From the NCBI GenBank assembly GCA_964199315.1, contig OZ116698.1:10788001-10852000 (forward strand): a stretch of 64,000 nucleotides of DNA, given 5' to 3'. The stretch is from Orbicella franksi (taxonomy: Eukaryota). A program made the position numbers and the translations under genes. Within the stretch, counting starts at the first letter, position 1; each line of letters starts with the position of its first letter. Shown here in pieces: positions 1-28,300 of the stretch. The notes under the pieces were generated by a model, which did no database searches, was not told where the DNA came from, and saw only the letters and a list, made by a program, of their open reading frames with translations.

Positions 1-28
1 AAAAGAATTTCTTGCCTTCTTTTAACAG

Positions 29-16236
<16,208 letters not shown>

Positions 16237-16825
16237 GAGAGATTGTTTCCTCTTGTGAAACTGAATGTGCATATGGCCGCTCGCAGTGCTGGCAGCTGAC
16301 TCAGATCAATCTACCATTCCCCAATGTTCGAGTATTAGTGAAACGAACTTCAAATACACACAACGTTTCTTGTGCAAGCCGCATGAACGCTCGCTCGATG
16401 TTGAGATTTTTCAAGCCCTCTTTTTTAAATGGTCAATCGTGATGTAATCACTTCGACGGTCTTCAGACCTAGAAAAACACACAAGAAAATAACTAACGTC
16501 CGTGCATTAAGTCTCCTTGGTTTTGAGACTGACATTGTTGAAGGCGACAAAACTGAGGGGAGTCTTTGGGATAAACATTGTTATTCTTTCCTACGGCTAT
16601 GGAATGGGAAGCAAGTCAATTATTGACTAAGAACTGGTTGGATCCAAAGATTACAATCAAGCTTTGTGTAGCCTCACTCTTGTGAGAGGCCACGCGTATT
16701 ATGCTTAGCAGAAGTCTCCGCATCAAGTTGTACTCGGCCTCGGTGGAATGACGATTTAAACCGAGTCACAAACTTGAAACCAACACTTAATGATCCAAAG
16801 GGAAAACAATATATTCAGTTAATCA

Positions 16826-16831
16826 AATAAA
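16826..16831 (+). promoter_or_regulatory. Candidate polyadenylation signal for the long Cav2 isoform
   Basis: An AATAAA about 590 nt downstream of the DDWC stop; others follow near 17679 and 17736. Confidence 0.35.
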
Positions 16832-18859
16832 CAAAATAACTCGGAAACAATTCGCGCATCGACCGACAGTCCGCACTACAAAGAGTAATTTATATTAGCA
16901 GTGAACTGATGTTAGCATTTAAATAAGATGAGGCAATTAAATTATTCTAAATGCTATTCCACAGTTGAATTGCCTTTAAGAAAAGACAAAAGCTAAAATA
17001 TAATAATAGTTCGATATACTAATATACAGATCTACAAATTTTGTAATTACTTCCTTGGAAAAGGGAAGTAGGTTTTTCAACCGAAATATTTCATTGAACG
17101 CTTATGTTGTAGTTATCGTTATTATTAACAAAGTGTTACACTTTGTTTTTTATTGAGTAAAGTAACAATTTGTCAATATAGTATGGTATAATAGGGATGC
17201 CGGACACAATTTTTTTTATTTCCGCTGGCATTTGGAGTTTTCATTTTAAAAAATTAATTTAGTAGATATGTGGCTCCGTTGTGATAATAACGTAATAACG
17301 CATGATCGCTCTGAAAAAGTTGCCGTCTGCCAGCCGAGTGAAATTAATCGCTTTCTCGTCTTGTCGTCTTATCGTTATTATCTCAATATCAGATCAACTC
17401 CGTTACGATATTGGCAAACATTCAAGATTAATTTAAGTTTAGTTACTTTAGTTGAAATTTCCTTACTCTGTTGTACTTTGCAACAGCGGCTATCGCCAAT
17501 GTTTTAACTTCAATTTTATTTGTTTAAAAGCAGCTTTAGCAACATCTCACCCTTCAACTCCTTAAAACAATAGAGTTGCGTTGGTTAGAGCGAATCCTAA
17601 TCTGACAAATTTTCGCGCTCCAATAGGGACCTTTAATTTCATAGTGTTAATTTCTGATTAAACGCCAAAGGTTTTAGATAATAAATTATTGCGAAGTGGT
17701 TATTATACAACTGGAAACAGGGTAGAAAACACAGAATAAATCGCTAATTTAACACACTCGTTCGTTTTAACCAGCGACCTGACGGGTGCGTTAAAACCCT
17801 GTGCTGAACCACGTGACCTTGTCAATCAAGAGAATGACGACCAGCATCTAGTGTCCTGACTGAAATGAAATGTGCAGAAGCGTTGTAAAATTCAAGATTG
17901 GCGCGGATATATGAACGCTTTTTGAATTTTTCACTTGGAACGTTTATTGCTATACTTGACATAAAACTTTCACTGCTTCCTGGCCCACCCATTTCATTTC
18001 CAGTAATCGTTGATGGTCAGGTTCACATGATTACGGGCTTGAGGTTTCTACTTAGCTGATTTTGAAAAGAAACATGAATTATGTCGTAGTTTCTAAGTCA
18101 ATTCAACCTTTCAAAGCAGCGGTGAAAGAGCCCCGGCTATTTTATTCGGATTTTTATTAAAATTCTACTCAATCTTACAAAACAAAACCGTCTCAACTTT
18201 TTAGGTTTAAACATTTAGAATAAAAGTGGAAACCGCACAAATTACATGCAGATACGTTCTAACGTTAACTCACAAGTTTTTGGGTACTGTTAAGAACTTT
18301 AGTTAGAGCTAGCTATTGCTTGATCTAAAATACTGCATTAGCAACTTTCGCCGACCACTCCTTACCTCCTCCCAAACAACTGGTGTAAGAAGTACAGAAA
18401 TGTTTAACCTAAATAAACCTTGTTTGTTCGGAGTCATTCCCTTCCCTTCTCAACAAAACACATTTAAAACTCATACTCTCAGTCCCTCATTTAGCCGAGT
18501 AACCAGCCGTTCTCAAAAGTGCCAAACTGGTGTCTACAGTTACCCTTGACTGGACGTTGAGAGCAGCACACGCCACTGTCGCCGCAGTTAATTCAGGTCC
18601 CACGTTAGATAATAATAAACCCTTCTTGTTTAAATGAAACTTGACCAGCAAGGGTACAAAGAGTTAGTTTAGAGTCCGGTGATTTAAGAACGTTATATGG
18701 TTAAACCATAGAGATTTAATGTAGGAAATAGCCAAGAGCGGGAAAGTATCCCCTGTCTATAAAAAATAAATACAGCGGCTTTCTTAATAGCTGGTTTAGT
18801 CGCTTTCTACTAAAAGAAACTAAGTCGTCGTAATCTGTCAAATGTCCTCCAAAACTTAA

Positions 18860-21800
18860 TCATTGGTAGCAAACTGGTCCAATTTTGACGCCAAACTGTT
18901 CGTTGCCAACTGCTCGATGAAAGAATGTCAAGTCTTCAAGGGGGAGAACGTCAACTTTGTCACTGTCAAAGATAAACTCGGTTCTGCGCCACCTTCCATC
19001 ATCGCGCTATTGAAAAATAAACAATTAAACATCCGTTTAGAACAACTGCGATACTTTGAGTGAGAAAAACACTTCATGCACAGCCTGCCCCACTTACGAC
19101 TAACTGAACAATTCTTCTGGCCGCTTGCTAACTCAATGATGCACGCTTAAGGTCATTCCCCCGAAAAAGAACGCACAATAGATTTTCATTCAAATTTTGC
19201 CTTTTGCCTGCTTATATCAAGAATTGAATTTTGAAATAAAAAAAGGGGGGTCCCGGTATTCATTTAAGGACAGGAAGACCTTCAATGGGCCCCATAATTC
19301 CTTAAATTATCTGCTCATAGAAACGTTTAATTTGAACACTAACTATGGGTTGTAGGATGATTCGTCAAGTAATCTGTCGGTATGTGTCGGTTTTTTGTAC
19401 ACTGTCGTTCGCAGTTCGTTTTTGTCGCGGCTTACCAAACAGTCTAGAAAAGGAAGTTTTCCATTTTCTTCGATTTCTTTAGTACACTGGATGTCGGCGT
19501 TCTGTTCGTTTAGGTGGTCGTGAAAAGCGTCAATTTCGTCTTGTGAACGGCGGTAAAAGTGTCGTCAACGCAGCGTAACCAAAGCGGTATCGCTTGTCGG
19601 CAAGTTGAAAGGGAGCGTTCCTCCACGTGTTGCATCACAATTTCTGCGACAACAACAGAAACAGGCGACCCCATGGCTGTTCCATGCAACTGTTTGTAGT
19701 GTTTCCCGTTGTACTGAAAGTAAGTCGATGTAAGGCAAATATTCAGTAAGTCCACGATGTCTTCGGTCGGTAACGGTAGTTTAAAGGTATCGATATCGCG
19801 GAGGTCACGGGTTCGAATCTCGTTGAAGCCCTGATTTTTTTTCAGGCTTCTTCTTTCCAATTGCTTAAATTGGAAAATTTACTGCGACGATCAATCTTCA
19901 CTTTCATCTACTACCGCAGTTCAAATATGAATTACTTCAAATGTACTTCACATAATTAACGGTTGATTGTTGTATAGTGGTCTCGGTACACTGTAATGCC
20001 AATCCTTACGGTAGCAAAAACTATGGTGACTGGTACATTTACCCATAGTTCTTAGCACACGAAAACCTAAACAACGTTCATAAAAACGTACAGAAACGTT
20101 ATAAATCTTCAAACCTAGGCTACTTAATATCCTCAGTACAGGGACAAACACTGTAATTGTAAGGCTTTCTTTGTGCCTTTTGGGCTGTGTTAGGTTCGCG
20201 AGGCATTGTGGTAAAATGTACAGCCGTCATCTTTTTTCCTACGGTGGATTGAAGTGGAACACTGGGATTTAATATGTTCCAAGCACACAGTGTTCTTGAG
20301 GGCACGTACTATCCTTTACGTGTGCTAACTATGCTGTCATTTTCAGTGATAATTTGTTACTCTGGAATAGAAATTGGTATATATTCACTGTATAGAAAGG
20401 TGATCGCTGCATTCAAACTAAATGAAAAAATCGTTAGGTCCCGGTACTCGTTTCCGAGAAAAGACGATGATTTGTCTCTCGCAAACCAAGCCGTTTAGAA
20501 AAAGCCACCATTTTGTGTATGTTATGCATATGCACGCGCTCGCGAGCGCGCGCTAATGACGCGAAGGTCGTGCGCAGTAGGGATGCACAATTCTGAGGAA
20601 TAACCTTAAGGTGATTCCTAAGTATTGCATTGCGCGTCCCTACTGCGCACGATTTTCGCGTCATTAGCGCGCACCTATGAGCGCGTGCGCGTACAAAACG
20701 TAAGAGATTTCCCTCAAACTAAGCTCAATAGCGAAATAAATGCTCCTTTTCTCTTAAACGAGCACGGTAACCCCCACTTTTTATTTCATAATTTCAATGA
20801 GAACAATATCCTCAATAACTGAGAAAAAAATTAGCAGAAATCTATAGCTACTTTTTTGGCAAATGAAATAAATAGTCCAGAGGGAGACATAACGGGCACA
20901 TCAGCGGATGTCCAACTTATGTTTCCTTTAAAAGATAAAAAATGCAGGGTATTTGAAGACATTTTTCTCTGGGACGTAGATGAATAAACAGTCAAAGAAA
21001 GTCAAACTCTGTGTGATATAACACGCTACATTGAAAAACAATCGAGCTTATTTGTTGCGCACGGAGATTACCAAAAGTCACCTAAATAACCGTATTTGTC
21101 AGCATCGTGGCGTGAAAACAAGCACGGTGACCCCCTCTTTTTATTACGTTTTTAATATCTCCTTGTCCTGTAGCAACAGCATACCAAGTTTCATCGGAAA
21201 TCTATGGCGGGCTCTTTTACTAGGGAATCACCTTAAACATGAGTCAATTGTTAAAACAAACATACATTTGAGCTCTCAAACACTGTTTAACAATTAAATT
21301 AATAGTTAAGTTTAATAATTACTTTAACTCTTGCCAACTCATCTCAACTCCAGAGTAGAGTTTAATTAAAGACACTACCTGGCAGTAGTCCCGTGCAACG
21401 TTTGGTGTTGGATTGCTTGTCGGTGTAAAGTCGAATCCTTTTCTTCCATGAAAGATCCACGAGTAACGATGGCTTTTGGTGGCCCTATGGAACCATACTA
21501 CAATTCTCTTACACTTGACTGTCACGGTTTGCCTGACTCTGGTGCTGACAAGTCGCAGGAAGTTAAACTGAATTTTACTGGCTAGGTAACTGATCTAAAA
21601 ATAAAGAAATAAGTTTCATTAATCCATTTCATTCAATAAGTTTCATTTTGGTTAGTTTGTGTATTTGTACCGGTCTCAGTTTCATTTCTTGGTAGTCTGT
21701 ACAGTTGGATTTGTACTGCTACATCACATTACCTTAAAACCTTGTTCAAGATTTGAAAATCTTTCCCATGTTGCCTCTGGACCACTTTTCCAGGTCCTTT

Positions 21801-22373
21801 TAGGGATCTGTTGATTAAAAAAAAAAATGCTTTTTCTGTGTATCGAAATGACGTTGCCCTACAATTGGCGTGTCAATGTGTTGACAAACAATCAGGACAT
21901 CGTATTTAACTCTCTACAGAAACTCTCAACAATATCACTGGCGGTCCTAAAGTTGTAAATAATGTCAGGCGGAATAAAGCACACGAATGGGCCAAACGCA
22001 ACACAAAGCAATAACCAAACGTGCTTACTTTATCCCGAAGAGGAGGAACACAGGATTCTCCACCAGCTGTAAAGTTGCAGTACACTTTAATGGCATCAGC
22101 AGGGCAACCAAGGTTTGGATCAATCCAGTAATAACCTGTAATAAACACGATCAAGCATCCATAAGTACCAACTAAGATTTTCCAACAGCTATTACAGTGA
22201 ACAATTCTCATAACATACACACGCGATGAAGCTAGTTTCTCACCATCCCGAATGTCGTCAATGTCCATGAGTTCTTTACAAGTCATAGCTGGATTGTCCC
22301 TGGTGCCTAAAGGAAATTTATAGTTCTCCACCGTTGAAGACATGTACAGTAGCGTCTTGAGATTGTGTACCGA
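18860..22373 (-). CDS. Collagen C-propeptide (COLFI) exons
   Basis: Five exons with YWIDPNLGC, VYCNF, IQFNFLRL, VKC, DYCQ, LPLEDL and GPVCY motifs. Confidence 0.95.
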
Positions 22374-25300
22374 CTGATAAAAATGGACATAAAGTGGAAT
22401 TAAATGAAAATAAAAGAGAAAATGAAAAGCAGGAGGGAGAAAGAGAAAAGAAAAACAAGCTAATTGCAGGTTATACAGAGACACAGAAAATACACCATGC
22501 ACGGATACGCACAAACAAGTGTACAAGCTCTGTGACGTACAGATTTGAAAGCTTAACCAGTTACCTGATCCAGGTAATTATGATGACCAAGCCTGTGAAG
22601 TCCGATCACCTGGCCAGGGGGACCCTAGAGTATAATAACATGGAGCAAGCATATCATCAGCATTATTATGCCCACCATCAATAAGTCCTCATGACAAAAA
22701 AAGCTTGATTGCTCACTTAACTCTAGTTAAACTACACTTTATTTCGAGTTCGTGGGATAGTGTAACTTTAGAAGTATTTGAAATATAGGAAAGAATTTTG
22801 TATGGTATGGCAAAAAACCTCAAAATTTTAGTTTGAAAAGCCTTTTAAAGCCAAGCCACGTAATAAAACATTTACACGCAGAAGGCTCCAGATAAAAATT
22901 GCGTGTTTTAGGTGACAACTCTTAAATCAACGCGGGCAAATTCTACCAACTCGACGATTTTTTCAACCGGGTAGTGAAGTCAGCACAACTTACCGGTGGT
23001 CCACTTGCACCCTACAAATCAAATATGGAAACGTTATTTCAAGGCAGGCCCTTCACTGAGTTGATTAATGTTAGTTGTATGGCTATTTGAATACCAGTTG
23101 AGTTAATTGGAGAGGACGAACTGTAAGTACGAGGTCTGGCTACTTTCAAATTCTATTTCACGTGCTGTCATACAAAATCGAAAACAACTTAAAGGTACTC
23201 AGTCAGTGACAAAAAGAGATGTACTTACGGAGATTCCTTTCAGCCCCTAAAGAAAAAAAAAAGAAAGAAACAGAAACAAACGATTACGATTTTGCAACCC
23301 ATTTCAAACTGGAATGAACAAAATTGTGGAAAAAATGTCAGTCCTACCTTCTGACCTGCAGCTCCCTAGAAAATATTAAAAAAAACACAGGCAAACAAAA
23401 GTAGGTAAGTTACTTTGTCTCTCTCTTATCCGGAAATGGAACAAACAACATATAGAGTAAATTGTTGTCATCAAGGGATTTTTCTTGCTAAATTATAATA
23501 AGAAAAAGACATCCACAGTAAAGGGGAACCTCTTACCGGTACGCCTCTGCCTCCCTATGACAGAAAGAAATAAAAGCAAGATTAACAAACACAATAAATT
23601 TGTCAGCTGTTTTCCAAGGAAACCACAACTGAATACTACGTCACATGACTCACATTACCAATAAGCAATTGATCTGAATATGTTAGAGCGGTTTTCAATT
23701 GAGTGTCGTTAAACCAAAACCAAACCAATTACATACCAATTAGACTACGCAGCCAATCTCAAACCGTAGTAAAACCAAAACCAAAACCAAAGTAATTGTC
23801 TAATTACTTTTGACACTCAAATGAAAACCGCTCTATTTTAAAACCGAAGTTAAAGGTAATAGTAATTGTTTGATATGTTCAACCAAGCAGTACTAAATTA
23901 TCGCAAGGTATCCCACAGTTGTTATTGTTTAATAAAAGAAAAAATACCAGTTACCCCCCCTCCCCCCCCCCCCCCCCCCCACCACCCACCCAACTAAGTG
24001 CAGCTTCATGCAAGGTTCGTGAACTCTGGAAACAGATTCGGACTTGAAAGAGTAGTTGTTTCACTGTTGTTCGTTTATGGTTGCTAAAAGCAAAGCAAAA
24101 CATTTGAAAAGTTTGTAACTTTTAGAATCGTTATTAGACACTCAACCACTTCCCGGCATGAGAGAGGCATATATTTTCTTGAACTTGTCTGTGTACAAAG
24201 ATACAACAAACCAAAACTTACCACAACACCGTAAAGACCCTGTATATGAAAGGGACAAAAGGAGTGGCTTTTAGTAATGTCGGTGGTGTGAATTTAAAAA
24301 AAGAAAAAGAAAATATAAAACAGTGAAAATATTAGGAACCAGTAGGGATGAACACAAGAATCAATACTGGCTAACAAATATAATGCTTCGATGACCACTG
24401 AGTTCACAAGAAACAAACTTTGGCGAGTTTGTTTTCTTGTTCTTTTTCTCGGCGTTGTAACATCAGTAGGCCCCTGCGAATAGAGTAAATAAATAGAATG
24501 CACCATGTACCTCATTTCCATCCGATCCTGGGCTGCCCTCACGGCCAGGCATTCCAGCATCTCCCTATATCATCCAAGACAACACTATTAGCCATCATAA
24601 ATAAAATGCTTGCCATGTGAAAATATTAAATAATAATTGACCCGCTCACACGCTCAAGCTTACCCTTTCTCCTGCCTTGCCAGCCTGTCCTCGAGGTCCC
24701 ACAGGACCCTCAGATCCCTTTTGAAGAACAAAATTGTAAGAGTTAAAACTACAGACATCACAAAACGAAACCTGGAGTTCGGTGGTACTAATCTTCCACT
24801 TATATCTAAATTGAGCCTTTTCAACAGGCTTTCTCATGTGAAAAAGTGCTACCGAAGCAGACGGCGAGAGCAACGATCAGGTAAGAAATAGAGCTCTCTC
24901 GCTGTTTCTTTCTACTTCTTTTGGCCCATTTTCCAGACACGGGGCTAGGATGACATAAAACTGAGCTTTTGGGCGAAGAGATAACAAAGTTAGCTTTGAC
25001 GGCAAGTAGTAATCAGAAGCCATCAAGTCTCGCTTTCATTGCTGTTTGATCTCTCACCATTTTGCGAGTTCAATATTGGTTAACTAAAAAGCAATCTAGC
25101 AAATCAGTGGACCAAGTCATACTAAAATACATTACAAATTTGATAGTATTTCCAAACAGAGTGGAAAATGAACTCGACTGTTATTAATAACATAACTCGG
25201 CTTGACAACCTGTTGTCAACGCTGATTTCCCGATATCTGTACAGCTTTATACAAGTAAGTCATAATTCCAACAGCAAACAAACTAACCCGCTTTCCTTTC

Positions 25301-28300
25301 GGTCCGGTAGGCCCCTTGTTTCCAGGACTACCTCTCTCCCCCTTTGGTGCCAAACAACAAACAAAAATTCATATTGGTAAGAATAATTTAATAAAGTACG
25401 TTAAATTTAAAGCAAATTTGAGCACGTATGTTTTTTTTTTTTCTGTCAATAACAACAGCTCACCATCTCGCCTCGAGTTCCCAGGTCTCCGGGTGCACCT
25501 TTTCCTCCGGGATGTCCCTGTTAAACAAATAGTGTGATACACACAGAGAACACACTTTTCGGTCGTAAATTTGTCCCTCAACAGGAAGAAACTTTATACA
25601 CATCTTTAACGAATAACAAGGAGATATTACCTCCACGCCTTTTGTTCCTAGGTAGCCAATAGGTCCAGTCGCACCTTTTGCTCCCTTAACGGAAACAAAA
25701 AAAAAAAGTAAGAACAAGTAAACACATCATCCAGCCAAGTTAATGTGACAGAATGGGACACAGCCACCTGTCTTTTGCTATTGGTGATAAGGTTTGTCTC
25801 ACCAAACCTTGCCCTAGACGTTTTTAAGAGGGAAGGGAGAGGATAATAAGGCTGTGGTGAAGTCTTTGACCAACCGCACAAACAATATTCCGACAACTAG
25901 CGACGATCTATCCAAAGAGTTAAAACAAGTGACTCCCGCGCTGTTGGCGAATGGCTACCCGAAACGATTTATAATCGATTCGAGCAAACCTAAACGGTCA
26001 CCTAAGCAGTCTGTAGCAGCTGCGCCGGAAGACGTTAAGAATCAATGGCGCCGTGTAATCTATTCCATTCCATGCAAAGATTGCGACAAACACTACATCG
26101 AGGAGGCCAAACGGAAATTCAATACTCGGCACAGAGAACACCAAAAAGCGGTCGAACAAAAACAACCCAAGAAATCTGCACTCGCCGAACGTTGTTTACA
26201 ATCTGGTCACGCTATCTCGTGGGAATCGTCCACAATATTACGTACCAGCACAAGTTGGCGAAACCGACCCCTCTTAGAGGCTTGGGAAATTAACACGTGG
26301 AAAAGTCCACTCAACCGCGATGACGGCATCGTGCAACGGCATGTACCTGCCCTAAGAGTATAGAGCCTTAACTCTATTGGATAAGAACTAATTTCCTCTT
26401 ATATTCGGTTTTTATTAGCAACTACGCGATCTTAAATAAACTTGTCACTTCATTATATTTTTTATTACCCCTGAGGAAGGCTCATGTTAAAGCCGAAACG
26501 TTGGGTTTTTAGAGATTTTTAATAACTTTTCTCAACCAGTGTAACATTTTTATATTTATCATATTCAAATAAATTTTGTCACGTGGCCAACGCATGTAAG
26601 TTACCTGAGGTCCTCTGGAACCGTCAAGCCCTCTCATTCCAGGTAGACCAACAGGTCCCTAAAATAAATAATGATACTCTTATCAGATCTGCTAATTAGC
26701 TATAGGGACTGTTCCTATTTAATACAGGAAAGCACTGCCAAAAAAGATACATTTCAATGCTTAATGTTCTTTGCTCAACTAGGCCTTTTAGCTTCTTATG
26801 AAAGATTAAAAACAACTCATTATACGCATGACAAAAACACGTAAGAAACGTGTTTTTAGATTTTCTTAGCAAACCCAACATTAAGCGATGAAATGATGCA
26901 GTTACAGATGTACCCTCACCAATAACTACTAAATAAATCACTGTTTCACAGTTACAGTGAAATCCTGATTATTCGAACATCTCGATCATTTGAAATAACT
27001 TTATTGTTCCCTTTGCAAAACAATTAACAGAAACTTATGCTCGTTGTTTCGAACCTCCCGATTCTCTGAACCATTTTCGTTCTCCCAGGTGGTTCGTGAT
27101 TCCACTGTATTACAAGACTGCTGGGTACATACCTTTGGTCCTGGCTGTCCACCAGCTCCAAGGCTACCTTGGTCACCTTGCTCGCCCTATAATTTGATAG
27201 GCATTTCATGTATGAAATCAACTAAAACATGTCGACACGTGATAAGTGCCCGACAGCACAATAAAACAAACATGGACGACGTTCGGCTTACATCGCTCGA
27301 TCCGAAATAAGATGACCTTTATTTAGACAAAATGAATGACAGTGACATTATAATTTATTATACTGCCCCGTCCCTGAATTTAATTTATTTGAAAGCAACA
27401 CGAGCAAGGGAATTTATCAATGGTGAACAAGAAAGGGAGAAGGGATCAGGGGAACATGTAACCCAATCATCTCAGTTATCAGTATACCCATCCAGACCCT
27501 CTAAGTTAAAGTACAGAATACAAATTTAATCCTCTGTAACGCCATCGAACTAGTCGCAGCTCAACGAGGGACGCCCGTCAGCCATCACTCTTTGCGTACC
27601 ACACTGCAATTCATCTTAACTTAAGATACGTTAAGAGTATCTAACGCTCTACAAAATCCAACGCTTACAAATATTATTAGTTGTCCGGCGGGAAATGCCG
27701 GAAAATACTAAAGGTTTAGATAACGGAGATAGAATATAGTACCTTTTCACCCTTCACTCCTTCGTTGCCTTGAAAACCTGGTTTTCCTCTTGCTCCCTGA
27801 AGGAGAAAAAAAAGCGTCACGACTAAAGGAAAATGAGAACTGCAAAGGGGCAATAAAAATTAGACTAAAATTTCTACTATTTATTACCTAACGTTGAATC
27901 GCTTCAAATTAAGTGTATGAACTGAAAAAAAGAATTGTTACCATAGGTCCTTCTATCCCTGAGTCTCCGCTTTGTCCTTTGAATCCAGGTTGGCCCTGAA
28001 TTTGGGAGGTAAAGATCAAATCAGTAACAACAACAACATCAAGAACAACAATAAATCGGAAACCTTAGACATAATGCACATTACCTTAAGTCCGGGTGAA
28101 CCGTTTTTGCCTTCCTTGCCTTTTTTCCCGCGTTCACCCTGAATATGAATAAAAATACATTCACAGGGTACATAACGCATTCAAAACACAGTCATCGAAG
28201 AAAGAAATCTCAGTTACAGTAAAATACTTCCAAGAATACCTTCCCTCCGGGGTCACCAATAAGTCCATTTACACCCGGGACACCTGTAAGTCCCTACAAA

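Noticed and set aside
19793-19830. tRNA gene
   Set aside because: Only a B-box/T-arm is present, with no acceptor stem or A-box; it is a SINE head.
19510-19860. 116-aa ORF starting MERRSLKKNQ
   Set aside because: Chimeric read-through from the antisense SINE into a Penelope RT fragment; not a gene.
21906-22526. 206-aa ORF, with stop-free in-frame 108-bp intron 22136-22243
   Set aside because: It is two collagen exons plus introns with canonical splice sites; an open 36-codon intron is plausible by chance, and retention would split the COLFI fold.
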